From: Flavobacteriales bacterium
GTDB lineage: Bacteria; Bacteroidota; Bacteroidia; Flavobacteriales_D; Sanyastnellaceae
Length of the DNA: 64,000 bases
NCBI GenBank assembly: GCA_036825655.1
Contig: DAISXU010000001.1
Coordinates: forward strand, 42,331 to 106,330
Direction of reading: 5' to 3'
The notes beneath the pieces are model-generated. The model was not told the origin of the DNA. It did not search any database and saw nothing but the letters and a program-made list of their open reading frames with translations. A program made the position numbers and the translations under genes. Positions 46,942-55,858 of this stretch are shown here, in pieces (position 1 is the first letter of the stretch; every line of letters begins with the position of its first letter).

Positions 46942-47691
46942 TTAAAGCAGGTTGATTCTGGATGCCAAAATATCCTTGTAAGAACCCCCAACCGGAATCT
47001 CTTTCTCAATGTCTTCCATCTTGATCATGGAATATTTGATGCTCTCTATGGCTTCAAGGTTGACGATGAAGCTCCTGTGAACCCGAATGAAGAGTCGCTC
47101 GTTTAATTTGCGTTCGACCTCTTTCATGGTGCTGTGAATGGTGTAGCTCTCCGTACGCGTATGGACCACTACATAGTCCTTCAGGGCTTCAATGAACAGC
47201 AGGTCTTCATTTTTCACACGCATCAACCTGCTGCGATTCTTAACGAAAATGATTTCAGTGTCGGACTTGTGCTCAGCCATGCTGCGCAGAAAGTCTGACT
47301 CCATTTTCATCTCTTGCTCTTTGCTGTGTTTGTGAAGGGCCATCTCAATGGCCGTTTGAATGTCCACATCCTTAAATGGCTTGAGAATGTAACCATGAGG
47401 CTCTGCCATTTTTGCTTCACTCAGCGTGTTTTCATCAGCATAAGCCGTCAAAAACACCACCGGGATGTCGATGTTCCGCTTGATTTCCTCAGCGGCCGCA
47501 ATGCCATTCATTTCCCCTTTGATCATGATGTCCATGAGGGCTAAATCAGGCTTGTGTTTTAGGGCCATTTCGATGGCGTCCTCTCCATTGTCGGCAGAAG
47601 CCACGACGTGGTATCCCAAATTTGTCAGACACCGCTCGATGTCTTTGCGGACGATTACCTCGTCCTCCGTCACTAGAATGTTAATCGGCAT
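46942..47691 (-). CDS. LytTR-family (LytR/AlgR) response regulator
   Basis: It has a receiver domain (ILVTEDE...DLALMDIMI...) and a C-terminal LytTR DNA-binding domain (FIRVHRSFIVNLEAI). The ATG at 47691 is preferred over the TTG at 47706. Confidence 0.92.
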   Translation of the reverse strand: MPINILVTEDEVIVRKDIERCLTNLGYHVVASADNGEDAIEMALKHKPDLALMDIMIKGEMNGIAAAEEIKRNIDIPVVFLTAYADENTLSEAKMAEPHGYILKPFKDVDIQTAIEMALHKHSKEQEMKMESDFLRSMAEHKSDTEIIFVKNRSRLMRVKNEDLLFIEALKDYVVVHTRTESYTIHSTMKEVERKLNERLFIRVHRSFIVNLEAIESIKYSMIKMEDIEKEIPVGGSYKDILASRINLL

Positions 47692-47702
47692 GCTTTCTCT
47701 GT

Positions 47703-50642
47703 TCAACTGGAGGGTACAAACTTAATCATAAACGAAGTTCCGCTTGGAATGTTGTACGGTGCTGACATGGAAGAGCTTCGCACAACCAACTCAGCCTGAA
47801 TTTGTTCCGTTAACGCTTGAATCAAATAGACTCCAAGTGAATCGTTCGTGTCAAAGTTAAAATCTGGAGGCAACCCCACGCCATCATCCGACACCTCGAT
47901 TTCCACAAAATCACCGGCTTCTTCAACCCGTAAAGTCAACGTTCCGTGAGATAAACCCTGGAACGCATACTTCATCGAATTAGAAACTAATTCATTGACA
48001 ATCAAACCACAAGGTATAGCTTGTTCCAGGTTCAAATGGATGCTGGACATGTTTGCCTTCAATTCAACCGACGCAGATTGTTGTGCATAACTACTCATTA
48101 GGTTGGAAGTCAATCGTTTGAGGTATTCGGCAAAACTGATGGAACTGAAATCGGTGTTTTGGTAGAGTGATTCGTGGATGTAACTCATCGTCGAAATCCG
48201 ATTCGTGCTCTCGTCCAGCACTTGCAGCAATAAGGGGTCACTCACAAACCGGCGCTGCAGGTTCAACATGCTCGAAATCACCTGAAGGTTGTTCTTTACC
48301 CGGTGATGTACCTCTTGCAATAGGATTTCCTTCTCCTTAAGCGCGGACCTGATTTGTTGATCAATTTCCTTCCGCTCTGTGATGTCATAGGCAATGCAAC
48401 TCACCTCTTCCGTCGCTTCATCCGACGCTACAGGGTTGATGAACAAAATGAACCACCTAACCCGTCCCTCTCTATTTTCCAAAGCAATCTCAAACTGCTG
48501 TGCCCTTCCTTGAAAAGCATTCCGAATCAAGGAGAGTTGCCCCTGGTAGAGGTCGTTGTTTTTGATCGACAAAAAGAGTTCCGAAAACTGAACTCCCAAA
48601 TCCACCTCTACTCCAAACTCCTTGTCAAACACTTCCTTAAAATTGGAGTTGATGGTAGTGATCTGATGGGTTTTATCCATCGTCAACATCAGCAAGTAAC
48701 GCGTGGAATTGAAAATACTTTGAAGCTTGGCGGACTGGATTCGAGCGCTTCTTTCATGGCGCCTGATGTCGGTAATGTCCAAAAAGATTCCTCGCAAGCC
48801 CGTCCGGTTACCCGCTTGATCGTAACGCACGGATGCCCCACCCAACATCAACATGGACGTTCCATTCACAGATCGAAACACCCATTCTCCCCGAGCACCT
48901 TCCAACGATTCCATCCACTCTGTGCCTGAATCAATATCCAATTCAGGCATGATTTCATCCAAACGTAAAGTCTCCAAAGTTGAAACATCATACCCCAACG
49001 TCTTGAAAAACGATGGGTTCGCATAAACCAATTTGCCATCCGCACCGACCAAGAAGATCAGGTCAGTCGCGAACTCTAAAATATCACGGTACCGCTCTTC
49101 ACTTTCCCTCAATTCCTGCTCCGCTAATTTCAAGTCTGTAATGTCCCGTCCCACCGTAACGTACCCAATGATCTCTCCTGAATCATCAGACATGGCAGCA
49201 ACTGACATCAATACGCTGAACTCTTCACCAGATGCTCGAATGCCCTGAACCTCTCCTGCAAAATAATTGTCCTTCGCAAGTCCCGTTAGGACCGCCTCCC
49301 CCTCTTCTCCATCGATGAAAAGCGCTTTAAACTCAAGCATTTGAGCCTCTTGAATTGTCCAACCAAATTCAACCGATGCGGCATGGTTCCATTGAATAAT
49401 TTGACCTTTGCGATCGAAGGCGATGATCATATCAATCGAACTCTCAATCATGGAGCGATTGAAAAGCTCAGCTGCCCGTAACCTCTTTTGGGTCTCCTTG
49501 TGGCGTTCAATTTCTGCCGTCAACGAAGCATTGATGTCTTCAGCAAGAGATGCTCTATTCTGTTCTTCAATCAACAAGGCCCTTGCAGACAAGTCCGTCA
49601 ACGTTACCTGAACAGCTGGAGTGCGGTCGAAAAAAGACAGCGCCATCCGCACTCCCACAAGCCGTTCTTGACCGCTTGCATTCAACAAGATGCATTCTGC
49701 ATAATCCATGCGAGCACCTTCTCGTGTTCGTCCAATGCACTCTTCTATTTGCCCTTGGTGTTCTGGCTTGAACAGTGTTTTAAAAGATGAATCGTAAAGC
49801 GAGTCTTCGGATGATTCTACCAAATCCAAAGCCACCGAATTGGCATACTGAATCATCCCATCAACCAACAAAACAAGTCCTGTTGGGTTGTTTTCAACCA
49901 GCAAACGGAATCGCTCTTTTGTCTGCAACAAATCCAACTCCGTGCGCTTCCTTTCTGTGATGTCGTACATCAGCAAAACCTGCCGCTTTGAACCTTCCTC
50001 AATCGACTCAGTCATGGTCACTTCCAAGTGAACCAAATACCCACCGGTGGTAGTGATTTCGATTTCACATAAACTTCCAAACTGAGCTCGTGCCGAAATT
50101 CTGCGCCAATCCCTTTCCTTGATGTACGCATGAATGGACTTGCCCACCACTTCTTCCACTTGATGAACTCCTACCAACCGAGCGAACTGCTCATTGACAT
50201 CCACAATGACTTGATCATCCAGAAATGCAATGCCTTCCATGGCATGCATGCTCAACGACTTGAACCTTCGCTCAGATTCCCTGATTGCACGCTCCACAAA
50301 AACACGTTCGCTGATGTCCCTGAATTGACCCAACCACTCCAATTCAGATAGTTTATTCCATTTCCATTCACTGTGAAACTTTGATCCAATCTGATTGGTA
50401 ATCGTGAATTTCTGAGCATTGACTCTCACAACAGAATCCTTCCCTTCTGGATCCTTTAAATCCTTGAAATAAACCTCTCGCATAGCGGTCCATTTCATAC
50501 CAATGCAGCTTTCGGCTTCAATTCCAATCATCACACAAGCGCGCTGATTCACTCCGATCACCATCCCTTCTTTGATCCAAACCATGGCCTCGGGTAAATG
50601 ATCGAAGAACACATCTGTTTTCACCGCACTCAACTCCTTCAT
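47703..50642 (-). CDS. cytoplasmic multi-PAS sensor histidine kinase (HisKA_2 / HWE-like H-box)
   Basis: 979 aa with no TM segment and several PAS/PAC-like repeats. It has the H-box EVHHRVKNNLQVISSMLNLQ and the HATPase motifs NELVSNSMKYAF and DDGVGLP. It has an ATGA overlap with the upstream gene. Confidence 0.92.
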   Translation of the reverse strand: MKELSAVKTDVFFDHLPEAMVWIKEGMVIGVNQRACVMIGIEAESCIGMKWTAMREVYFKDLKDPEGKDSVVRVNAQKFTITNQIGSKFHSEWKWNKLSELEWLGQFRDISERVFVERAIRESERRFKSLSMHAMEGIAFLDDQVIVDVNEQFARLVGVHQVEEVVGKSIHAYIKERDWRRISARAQFGSLCEIEITTTGGYLVHLEVTMTESIEEGSKRQVLLMYDITERKRTELDLLQTKERFRLLVENNPTGLVLLVDGMIQYANSVALDLVESSEDSLYDSSFKTLFKPEHQGQIEECIGRTREGARMDYAECILLNASGQERLVGVRMALSFFDRTPAVQVTLTDLSARALLIEEQNRASLAEDINASLTAEIERHKETQKRLRAAELFNRSMIESSIDMIIAFDRKGQIIQWNHAASVEFGWTIQEAQMLEFKALFIDGEEGEAVLTGLAKDNYFAGEVQGIRASGEEFSVLMSVAAMSDDSGEIIGYVTVGRDITDLKLAEQELRESEERYRDILEFATDLIFLVGADGKLVYANPSFFKTLGYDVSTLETLRLDEIMPELDIDSGTEWMESLEGARGEWVFRSVNGTSMLMLGGASVRYDQAGNRTGLRGIFLDITDIRRHERSARIQSAKLQSIFNSTRYLLMLTMDKTHQITTINSNFKEVFDKEFGVEVDLGVQFSELFLSIKNNDLYQGQLSLIRNAFQGRAQQFEIALENREGRVRWFILFINPVASDEATEEVSCIAYDITERKEIDQQIRSALKEKEILLQEVHHRVKNNLQVISSMLNLQRRFVSDPLLLQVLDESTNRISTMSYIHESLYQNTDFSSISFAEYLKRLTSNLMSSYAQQSASVELKANMSSIHLNLEQAIPCGLIVNELVSNSMKYAFQGLSHGTLTLRVEEAGDFVEIEVSDDGVGLPPDFNFDTNDSLGVYLIQALTEQIQAELVVRSSSMSAPYNIPSGTSFMIKFVPSS

Positions 50643-52171
50643 GGCTTGTTCACTTTTACACCATCCACTTTAACCAAAACCCCGATTTTGAAGGTTCTAA
50701 CCTGCATGATTTGGTTGTTATCGCTGTAGTAAATCCAATCACCGTTCGCTAAACCAGCCTCGTATTCACCCAACCACCGACGCGTTCCATCCCTGTTCCA
50801 TTCCAAATGCCTTCCAATGGGATCCCCTAAGAGATATGAGCCTCTAAATTGCTTCTGGCCGTTGTCATACCAATGTGTCCATTCACCATCCCGCATTCCG
50901 TCAATGTAAACACCCTCTTCTTTATGATCGTTGATTTGACTGAACCAAAAACCCTGTTTTTCCCCTTCAACGTAATCCCCTTCCAAAAGCAATTCACCAT
51001 CCAAATTCCACTCTTGAAACAACCCATCTTCCTCACCCTTCCTGTAAGCTTCTTTTCGATGCAATGAACCGTCTGGATAATACCAAATCCAATTCCCGTG
51101 GAATTCACCAGCCCGGTAAGATCCCTCTTGAGCGAGGGTTCCATCGCGGTTGTAAAATTGCCAAATACCATCCCGCAAACCATCCACATAACTTCCCTGT
51201 CCAAACAACTCTCCAGAGGCATAAAACAACTTCCACTCACCCTCACGAAACCCATCTACCAAGGTTTTTCCTTCTGCGACCTTTTGTCCATCTTTAAACA
51301 CTTCTCCTCCCGCTAAATTTCCCTGATCATCGTAAATGCGAAACACACCTTCTGGTCCTTTTGCACCATATCCTCCTATCCGAGCAACTTGCCCATTCTC
51401 ATGGTAAGTTCTTCGAATATCCAACATCTGCGTAGTCTCATCATCTTCTTGCAATTGGCCATTGATGTAGCGTTCCAAACGATCGAGTTTACCCTGGTTA
51501 TCATAAAAGGTAAACACGCCATTCCGCTGCCCATCCGTCCATGGGCCTTCTTCAATCAATACTTCCCTTGCATTCCAAACTAACCAAACCCCTCGTTTTC
51601 TTCCCGCTTCGTTGTACCGGTTAATTCGCTCGATTCCCCGTAAATAACCGTTGTGGTAATCCAAACGTGCAATGGGACGACCATCTGAAGGATCATATTC
51701 CCATCCCAACCCCATTTCTTTTCCCGCCTCGAACGGAACCTTCTTCACCACATTCCCTTGCGCATCAAACCAAAAACTCCAGCCCTCCTGAACGCCATTT
51801 AACCATGTAAATTTGGATAACAACTGATTTTCGGAAGAATAAAACAGCTCTTCTCCATTCAACGTGCCTTGGTCGTAGCTAATTTCATGTTCCAGCCACC
51901 CTTCCTCGTTATGAAAAAGCCACTTTCCCTCTAACAACCCATTTTTTCTGGATCCCCTGCTGGCCACTTGGCCATTGACATGGTAAGTAATCCATTCACC
52001 CTCTGGTAAACCACCTACGAGGCAGCCCTCACTGGAAACCTCTCCATTTTCGAATGTAAACTGGGTCCAAACGCAACCCACAATGGAATCGCCCAAAACT
52101 GCATCTTGCGCCAGAGCAGGGATCGAACTCATCCAACACAAAGTGACCATTCCGGGTAAGCGATTCAGCAT
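50639..52171 (-). CDS. secreted MORN-repeat-variant (YwqK-like) repeat protein
   Basis: It has a signal peptide (SSIPALAQD) followed by about 17 tandem ~23-aa repeats of the pattern G-x-W-x-x-(Y/F)-x-x-(N/D)-G-x-x-x-x-x-G-x-Y-x-x-G. Confidence 0.88.
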   Translation of the reverse strand: MLNRLPGMVTLCWMSSIPALAQDAVLGDSIVGCVWTQFTFENGEVSSEGCLVGGLPEGEWITYHVNGQVASRGSRKNGLLEGKWLFHNEEGWLEHEISYDQGTLNGEELFYSSENQLLSKFTWLNGVQEGWSFWFDAQGNVVKKVPFEAGKEMGLGWEYDPSDGRPIARLDYHNGYLRGIERINRYNEAGRKRGVWLVWNAREVLIEEGPWTDGQRNGVFTFYDNQGKLDRLERYINGQLQEDDETTQMLDIRRTYHENGQVARIGGYGAKGPEGVFRIYDDQGNLAGGEVFKDGQKVAEGKTLVDGFREGEWKLFYASGELFGQGSYVDGLRDGIWQFYNRDGTLAQEGSYRAGEFHGNWIWYYPDGSLHRKEAYRKGEEDGLFQEWNLDGELLLEGDYVEGEKQGFWFSQINDHKEEGVYIDGMRDGEWTHWYDNGQKQFRGSYLLGDPIGRHLEWNRDGTRRWLGEYEAGLANGDWIYYSDNNQIMQVRTFKIGVLVKVDGVKVNKP

Positions 52172-52329
52172 GTTTCAAATATCCCGCGCACCAGCCATAC
52201 AGACAACGTCAAAGCGTGAACGTTTTCCAACAAACATATGGATGATGAATTTTTTCTAAACATGAGAAAGTCATAGTAACTATTAGCTTGTTGAAACGGT
52301 GGATAGATTGTGAGGTGTTGGTTTGTTTA

Positions 52330-52416
52330 AATGAGTTATCGACGAACTGGAATGAGTTTTTCACGGAAGCCGTTGTCGTTATGTAATTTTGAATCAGTGA
52401 TTTGAAGAAATGAGTT
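52330..52416. repeat. three direct copies of AATGAGTT in the intergenic region upstream of the MORN/kinase/LytTR operon
   Basis: Copies lie at 52330-52337, 52351-52358 (21 bp start-to-start) and 52409-52416. They sit about 160-245 bp upstream of the ATG at 52171. Confidence 0.6.
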
Positions 52417-52673
52417 GGGGTTATACACAGCTGTGAGTAGGGTGTGATGGTGACAAAAATTCAGGAACGTTCTGTGTGCAAGCACAGGTTTTTTTTGTGA
52501 AAACCTGTCGGTAGAAACCACCTAAGTTTTTTGGATTCTAAGGGGATGAAGTGGCTTACTTCAGGATGGTGAAAAAATCAAGTGAATGTTATCACGAGCT
52601 TTCCACTGTTCAATGAGGATGTTCACCGCAAACTTGTGAATTACCTTGCGCCCTCATCACCACCAGTTCATTC

Positions 52674-54680
52674 ATGCATATTTCAATTGGATGCGACCAC
52701 GCAGGTCCGGAATTAAAAAGTCTCATAATCAACCACTTTGGTTCTGATCATGCTTTCGTTAACCGCGGAACGGACACCCTTGATTCTGTTGATTATCCGG
52801 ACTTTGCGCATGCAGTAGCTGCAGATGTCGAGTCCCAGGCTGTTGATTTGGGAATCTTAATTTGTGGTTCAGCAAACGGTGTTGCTATGACTGCAAATAA
52901 GCATGCCAATGTGCGTGCAGGCATTGCTTGGCAGAAGGAGATAGCTGTTTTGGCTCGTGAACACAACGATGCCAATGTCATTTGCATTCCCGCGAGGTTT
53001 GTAACGGACGAGGAAGCTTTGGCCATTGTTGAGGCATTTTTATCTACTGAATTTGAAGGTGGCCGCCACGCAAGGAGGGTGGGTAAGATCGCGTCACTTT
53101 GTTCGCTGGCACTTCTAGCAACTGTTTCAGTTTGGGGGCAAGGAACTCCTGCGGATTATGAGAGCGAGGTAAAACCAGCTGACCTTAGAATGCACCTCAC
53201 TGTTCTTGCAAGTGACGAATTTGAAGGAAGAGAAACAGGTGAACCCGGCGCTCAGAAAGCAGCGGAGTACATTGCGAATCACTTCGAGGCAATCGGTTTG
53301 GCCCCTTACGATGGCGAGACGTACTTCCAAGAGGTGCAGTTGAATAAATCAGCTCCCCCTTCAGCAAGCGCCCAACTGATTTCTGAAAAAGGAGAAATAG
53401 ACTCTTTGGAGTTCATGAATCAGTTTTTTTTCTATCCAGGACTGGAGGCCAACGGCATGGAGAAGGTGCCGGTAGTTTTTGCAGGTTTTGGAGTTCAAAC
53501 AGCGGGTTGGGATGATTACGCTGGCCTCGAAATTGAAGGTAAATTGGTCGTGTTAGTGAGTGGTGTGCCTGTTGACGATGCGGGCGATGGGTATTTCATG
53601 GATGAAACAGAGGAGAAGCGATGGAGTGAGTCCCCAGAGGCAAAACGAGCGCTTGCTGCCGATCTCGGCGCATTGGGTGTCGTGATGGTTTCACCGAATT
53701 ATGAGACGATTCGCAGCCGTTTGAAGCCTTGGTTAAGTAGGGAATCGCTTTCCTTGGTGCGAGAGGAAGAGCCCAGTTCGGATGAAGAAACGCTTCCTAT
53801 GTTTTTTGTTGGGGAGGAGACATTGGATGTGTGGCTGGGTGGTGCCGGATACAAATCATTGGCCAAATTGAAGAAGCGTGCTGCGAAACGAGGAGAATTT
53901 GACCGCGGTGCACTTGGTTTTTGGTCACTTCAAATGAGGGAAAGCAGGTCGGTGATAACTGCCCAGAATGTTTTGGGTTATTTGCCCGGTTCAGATTCAG
54001 TCTTAACAGAGGAACTTTTGATTATTACTGCTCATTACGACCACGTTGGCATCATCAACGGCGAAATCCACAACGGTGCGGACGATGATGGGTCAGGAAC
54101 AGTGACGGTTTTGGAATTGGCCAGTGCATTTGCGACCGCTGCTGAAGCTGGTTACGGTCCACGCCGCAGCATCCTGTTCATGACAGTGGTAGGTGAGGAA
54201 AAGGGCTTGCTAGGTTCTGAATGGTATGCTGATCATCCGGTTTGGCCATTGGAGAATACCATTGCCAATCTCAACGTAGATATGATTGGAAGGGTAGATG
54301 ATGCCCATGCGGATGACGAGCATTACGTGTACCTCATAGGAAGTGATAAGTTATCGAGTGATTTGCATGCAATCAGCGAGGAGGCCAATGAACGGTCTGT
54401 CCAGTTGGCATTGGATTACACGTTCAACGCGCCGGATGATCCAAACCGGTTCTATTACCGATCCGATCATTACAATTTTGCTAAGAATGGAATCCCAGTT
54501 ATCTTTTATTTCAGTGGTGTCCATGAGGATTACCATCAACCAGGGGATGACGTGGAGAAAATCATGTTCGATAAGACAGCTGACATTGGGAAGTTAATCT
54601 TCCACACAGCCTGGGAGCTGGTTAACCGGGATGAGCGCATTCGAGTCGATCAAGTGAACGACTTCCCATCTGATCGTTAA
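52674..54680 (+). CDS. rpiB: in-frame fusion ORF: ribose-5-phosphate isomerase B (aa 1-~139) plus an M28-family aminopeptidase with its own signal peptide
   Basis: The N-terminal part is RpiB/LacAB (ISIGCDHAG, ICGSANGV, FEGGRHARRV). It runs without a stop into KIASLCSLALLATVSVWGQG (signal-like), then an M28 peptidase (HYDHVG, GADDDGSGTV, EEKGLLGS, NVDMIG). A possible internal GTG start at 53079 is preceded by AAGGAGG. Confidence 0.85.
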   Translation: MHISIGCDHAGPELKSLIINHFGSDHAFVNRGTDTLDSVDYPDFAHAVAADVESQAVDLGILICGSANGVAMTANKHANVRAGIAWQKEIAVLAREHNDANVICIPARFVTDEEALAIVEAFLSTEFEGGRHARRVGKIASLCSLALLATVSVWGQGTPADYESEVKPADLRMHLTVLASDEFEGRETGEPGAQKAAEYIANHFEAIGLAPYDGETYFQEVQLNKSAPPSASAQLISEKGEIDSLEFMNQFFFYPGLEANGMEKVPVVFAGFGVQTAGWDDYAGLEIEGKLVVLVSGVPVDDAGDGYFMDETEEKRWSESPEAKRALAADLGALGVVMVSPNYETIRSRLKPWLSRESLSLVREEEPSSDEETLPMFFVGEETLDVWLGGAGYKSLAKLKKRAAKRGEFDRGALGFWSLQMRESRSVITAQNVLGYLPGSDSVLTEELLIITAHYDHVGIINGEIHNGADDDGSGTVTVLELASAFATAAEAGYGPRRSILFMTVVGEEKGLLGSEWYADHPVWPLENTIANLNVDMIGRVDDAHADDEHYVYLIGSDKLSSDLHAISEEANERSVQLALDYTFNAPDDPNRFYYRSDHYNFAKNGIPVIFYFSGVHEDYHQPGDDVEKIMFDKTADIGKLIFHTAWELVNRDERIRVDQVNDFPSDR

Positions 54681-55858
54681 TTACTGGTTTTCAGATTGTT
54701 AATATGATTTCGGAACACACTCAACTCCAAATCATATGCTTCTCCAGTTGCTGGTCCGTTGAATCCAGAGTGAGTCAATAGTTGGCCTTTTCGGTTGATG
54801 AATAACGTGGTTGGAAAGCTTGCCACTTTTTCCAGGAAAGGGAATGCTGTCGTCGCCATCGCCTTGCTTGCTGGCCCACCCAATACAATGTTCCAAGGGA
54901 TGCCGAGTGCTTCTTGATATTGTTGAATTCTGACCCAAGCTGCGTCTGGATCAATGTCGGCGCGGCGTTCGAAGGCGACACTGAGGAAGCCCACCTCGGG
55001 AAATTCTTTCTGAAGTGTTTTCAAGGCGGTGATTTCATCGAGGCAGTTAGGGCACCAAGTTCCCATGATGTCAATGACCATCACCTCATGTGTTAAATCG
55101 TCGAGGGTCCAGCGCACAGAGTCGCCTTCGACGCTCCAATGACTGAATTCAAACGCTACTCCCGGTAGAACCGGAGCGGATTGTGAGGTCAACGTTACGA
55201 GCGAGTCAAGTTGGATGGCACGGAAGGTAGAGGAGTAGTGATTGCCAGAATAAAAGAAACCATCAAGCCGACCAAGGGATGGTGTACACTCGAATTTGTA
55301 CAAGTGGGCGCCGTCAAACGTTCCGAATGCCCAAGTGTTATCCGTTTCGATGTTCCCGGACAGGTACCTCAAATCACCCGTTTCGGTGGCCACAGTGCCC
55401 CTTAAATGGCTTCCGTGCTGGCTGAGTAGTAATGTGCCCATGGGAATCGTGTCGTCTGCAGGGAGGTAAAAATCCCAATGGGTTATTGATCCTGGTTGGT
55501 GTGCCTCCTGAGGGGCTGATGCAAACGCAAGAAGGTCAATGCGGTAGTTGTCCCTCAGCTGATCCGTCCAAACTCCTTGGAAGGTGTCTTCCACCCAATG
55601 TCCTGAAATGATCCCGTTGAAGGTGGGTAAATGGAAAGTTGAGTCGTTCGTCTGAACGCCAATAATTTCTTCGCTGTCATTTTGAATGACAATCGTGGTA
55701 TCACTGAACCATCCGTTGAGATTCAACGCAGTTGAATCATTTAAGCGGAATTGCCAAGTGACTGGCCTTGAATGACGAGCGTCCTCACCACAACTGATAA
55801 ACAGTGCGAAGGTGAGGACGCCCAAAGCAAGGACCAGGTGCTTCCTGGTTCTGTTCAT
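54677..55858 (-). CDS. TlpA-family thiol-disulfide oxidoreductase lipoprotein with an N-terminal extra domain
   Basis: It has a lipobox (ALFISCGED) and a C-terminal thioredoxin fold with the WCPNC active site. Confidence 0.85.
   Translation of the reverse strand: MNRTRKHLVLALGVLTFALFISCGEDARHSRPVTWQFRLNDSTALNLNGWFSDTTIVIQNDSEEIIGVQTNDSTFHLPTFNGIISGHWVEDTFQGVWTDQLRDNYRIDLLAFASAPQEAHQPGSITHWDFYLPADDTIPMGTLLLSQHGSHLRGTVATETGDLRYLSGNIETDNTWAFGTFDGAHLYKFECTPSLGRLDGFFYSGNHYSSTFRAIQLDSLVTLTSQSAPVLPGVAFEFSHWSVEGDSVRWTLDDLTHEVMVIDIMGTWCPNCLDEITALKTLQKEFPEVGFLSVAFERRADIDPDAAWVRIQQYQEALGIPWNIVLGGPASKAMATTAFPFLEKVASFPTTLFINRKGQLLTHSGFNGPATGEAYDLELSVFRNHINNLKTSN

Noticed and set aside
52336-52521. 61-aa minus-strand ORF in the long intergenic region
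   Set aside because: It has no start context, no motifs and an odd composition. It lies in a region better explained as regulatory or non-coding.
45305-52673. Calling the post-tRNA block a mobile genetic element or genomic island feature
   Set aside because: I could see no integrase, transposase, conjugation genes or direct repeat of the tRNA 3' end. Only a modest, hand-estimated compositional shift supports it, so it is kept as a hypothesis in the findings and not as a mobile_element feature.
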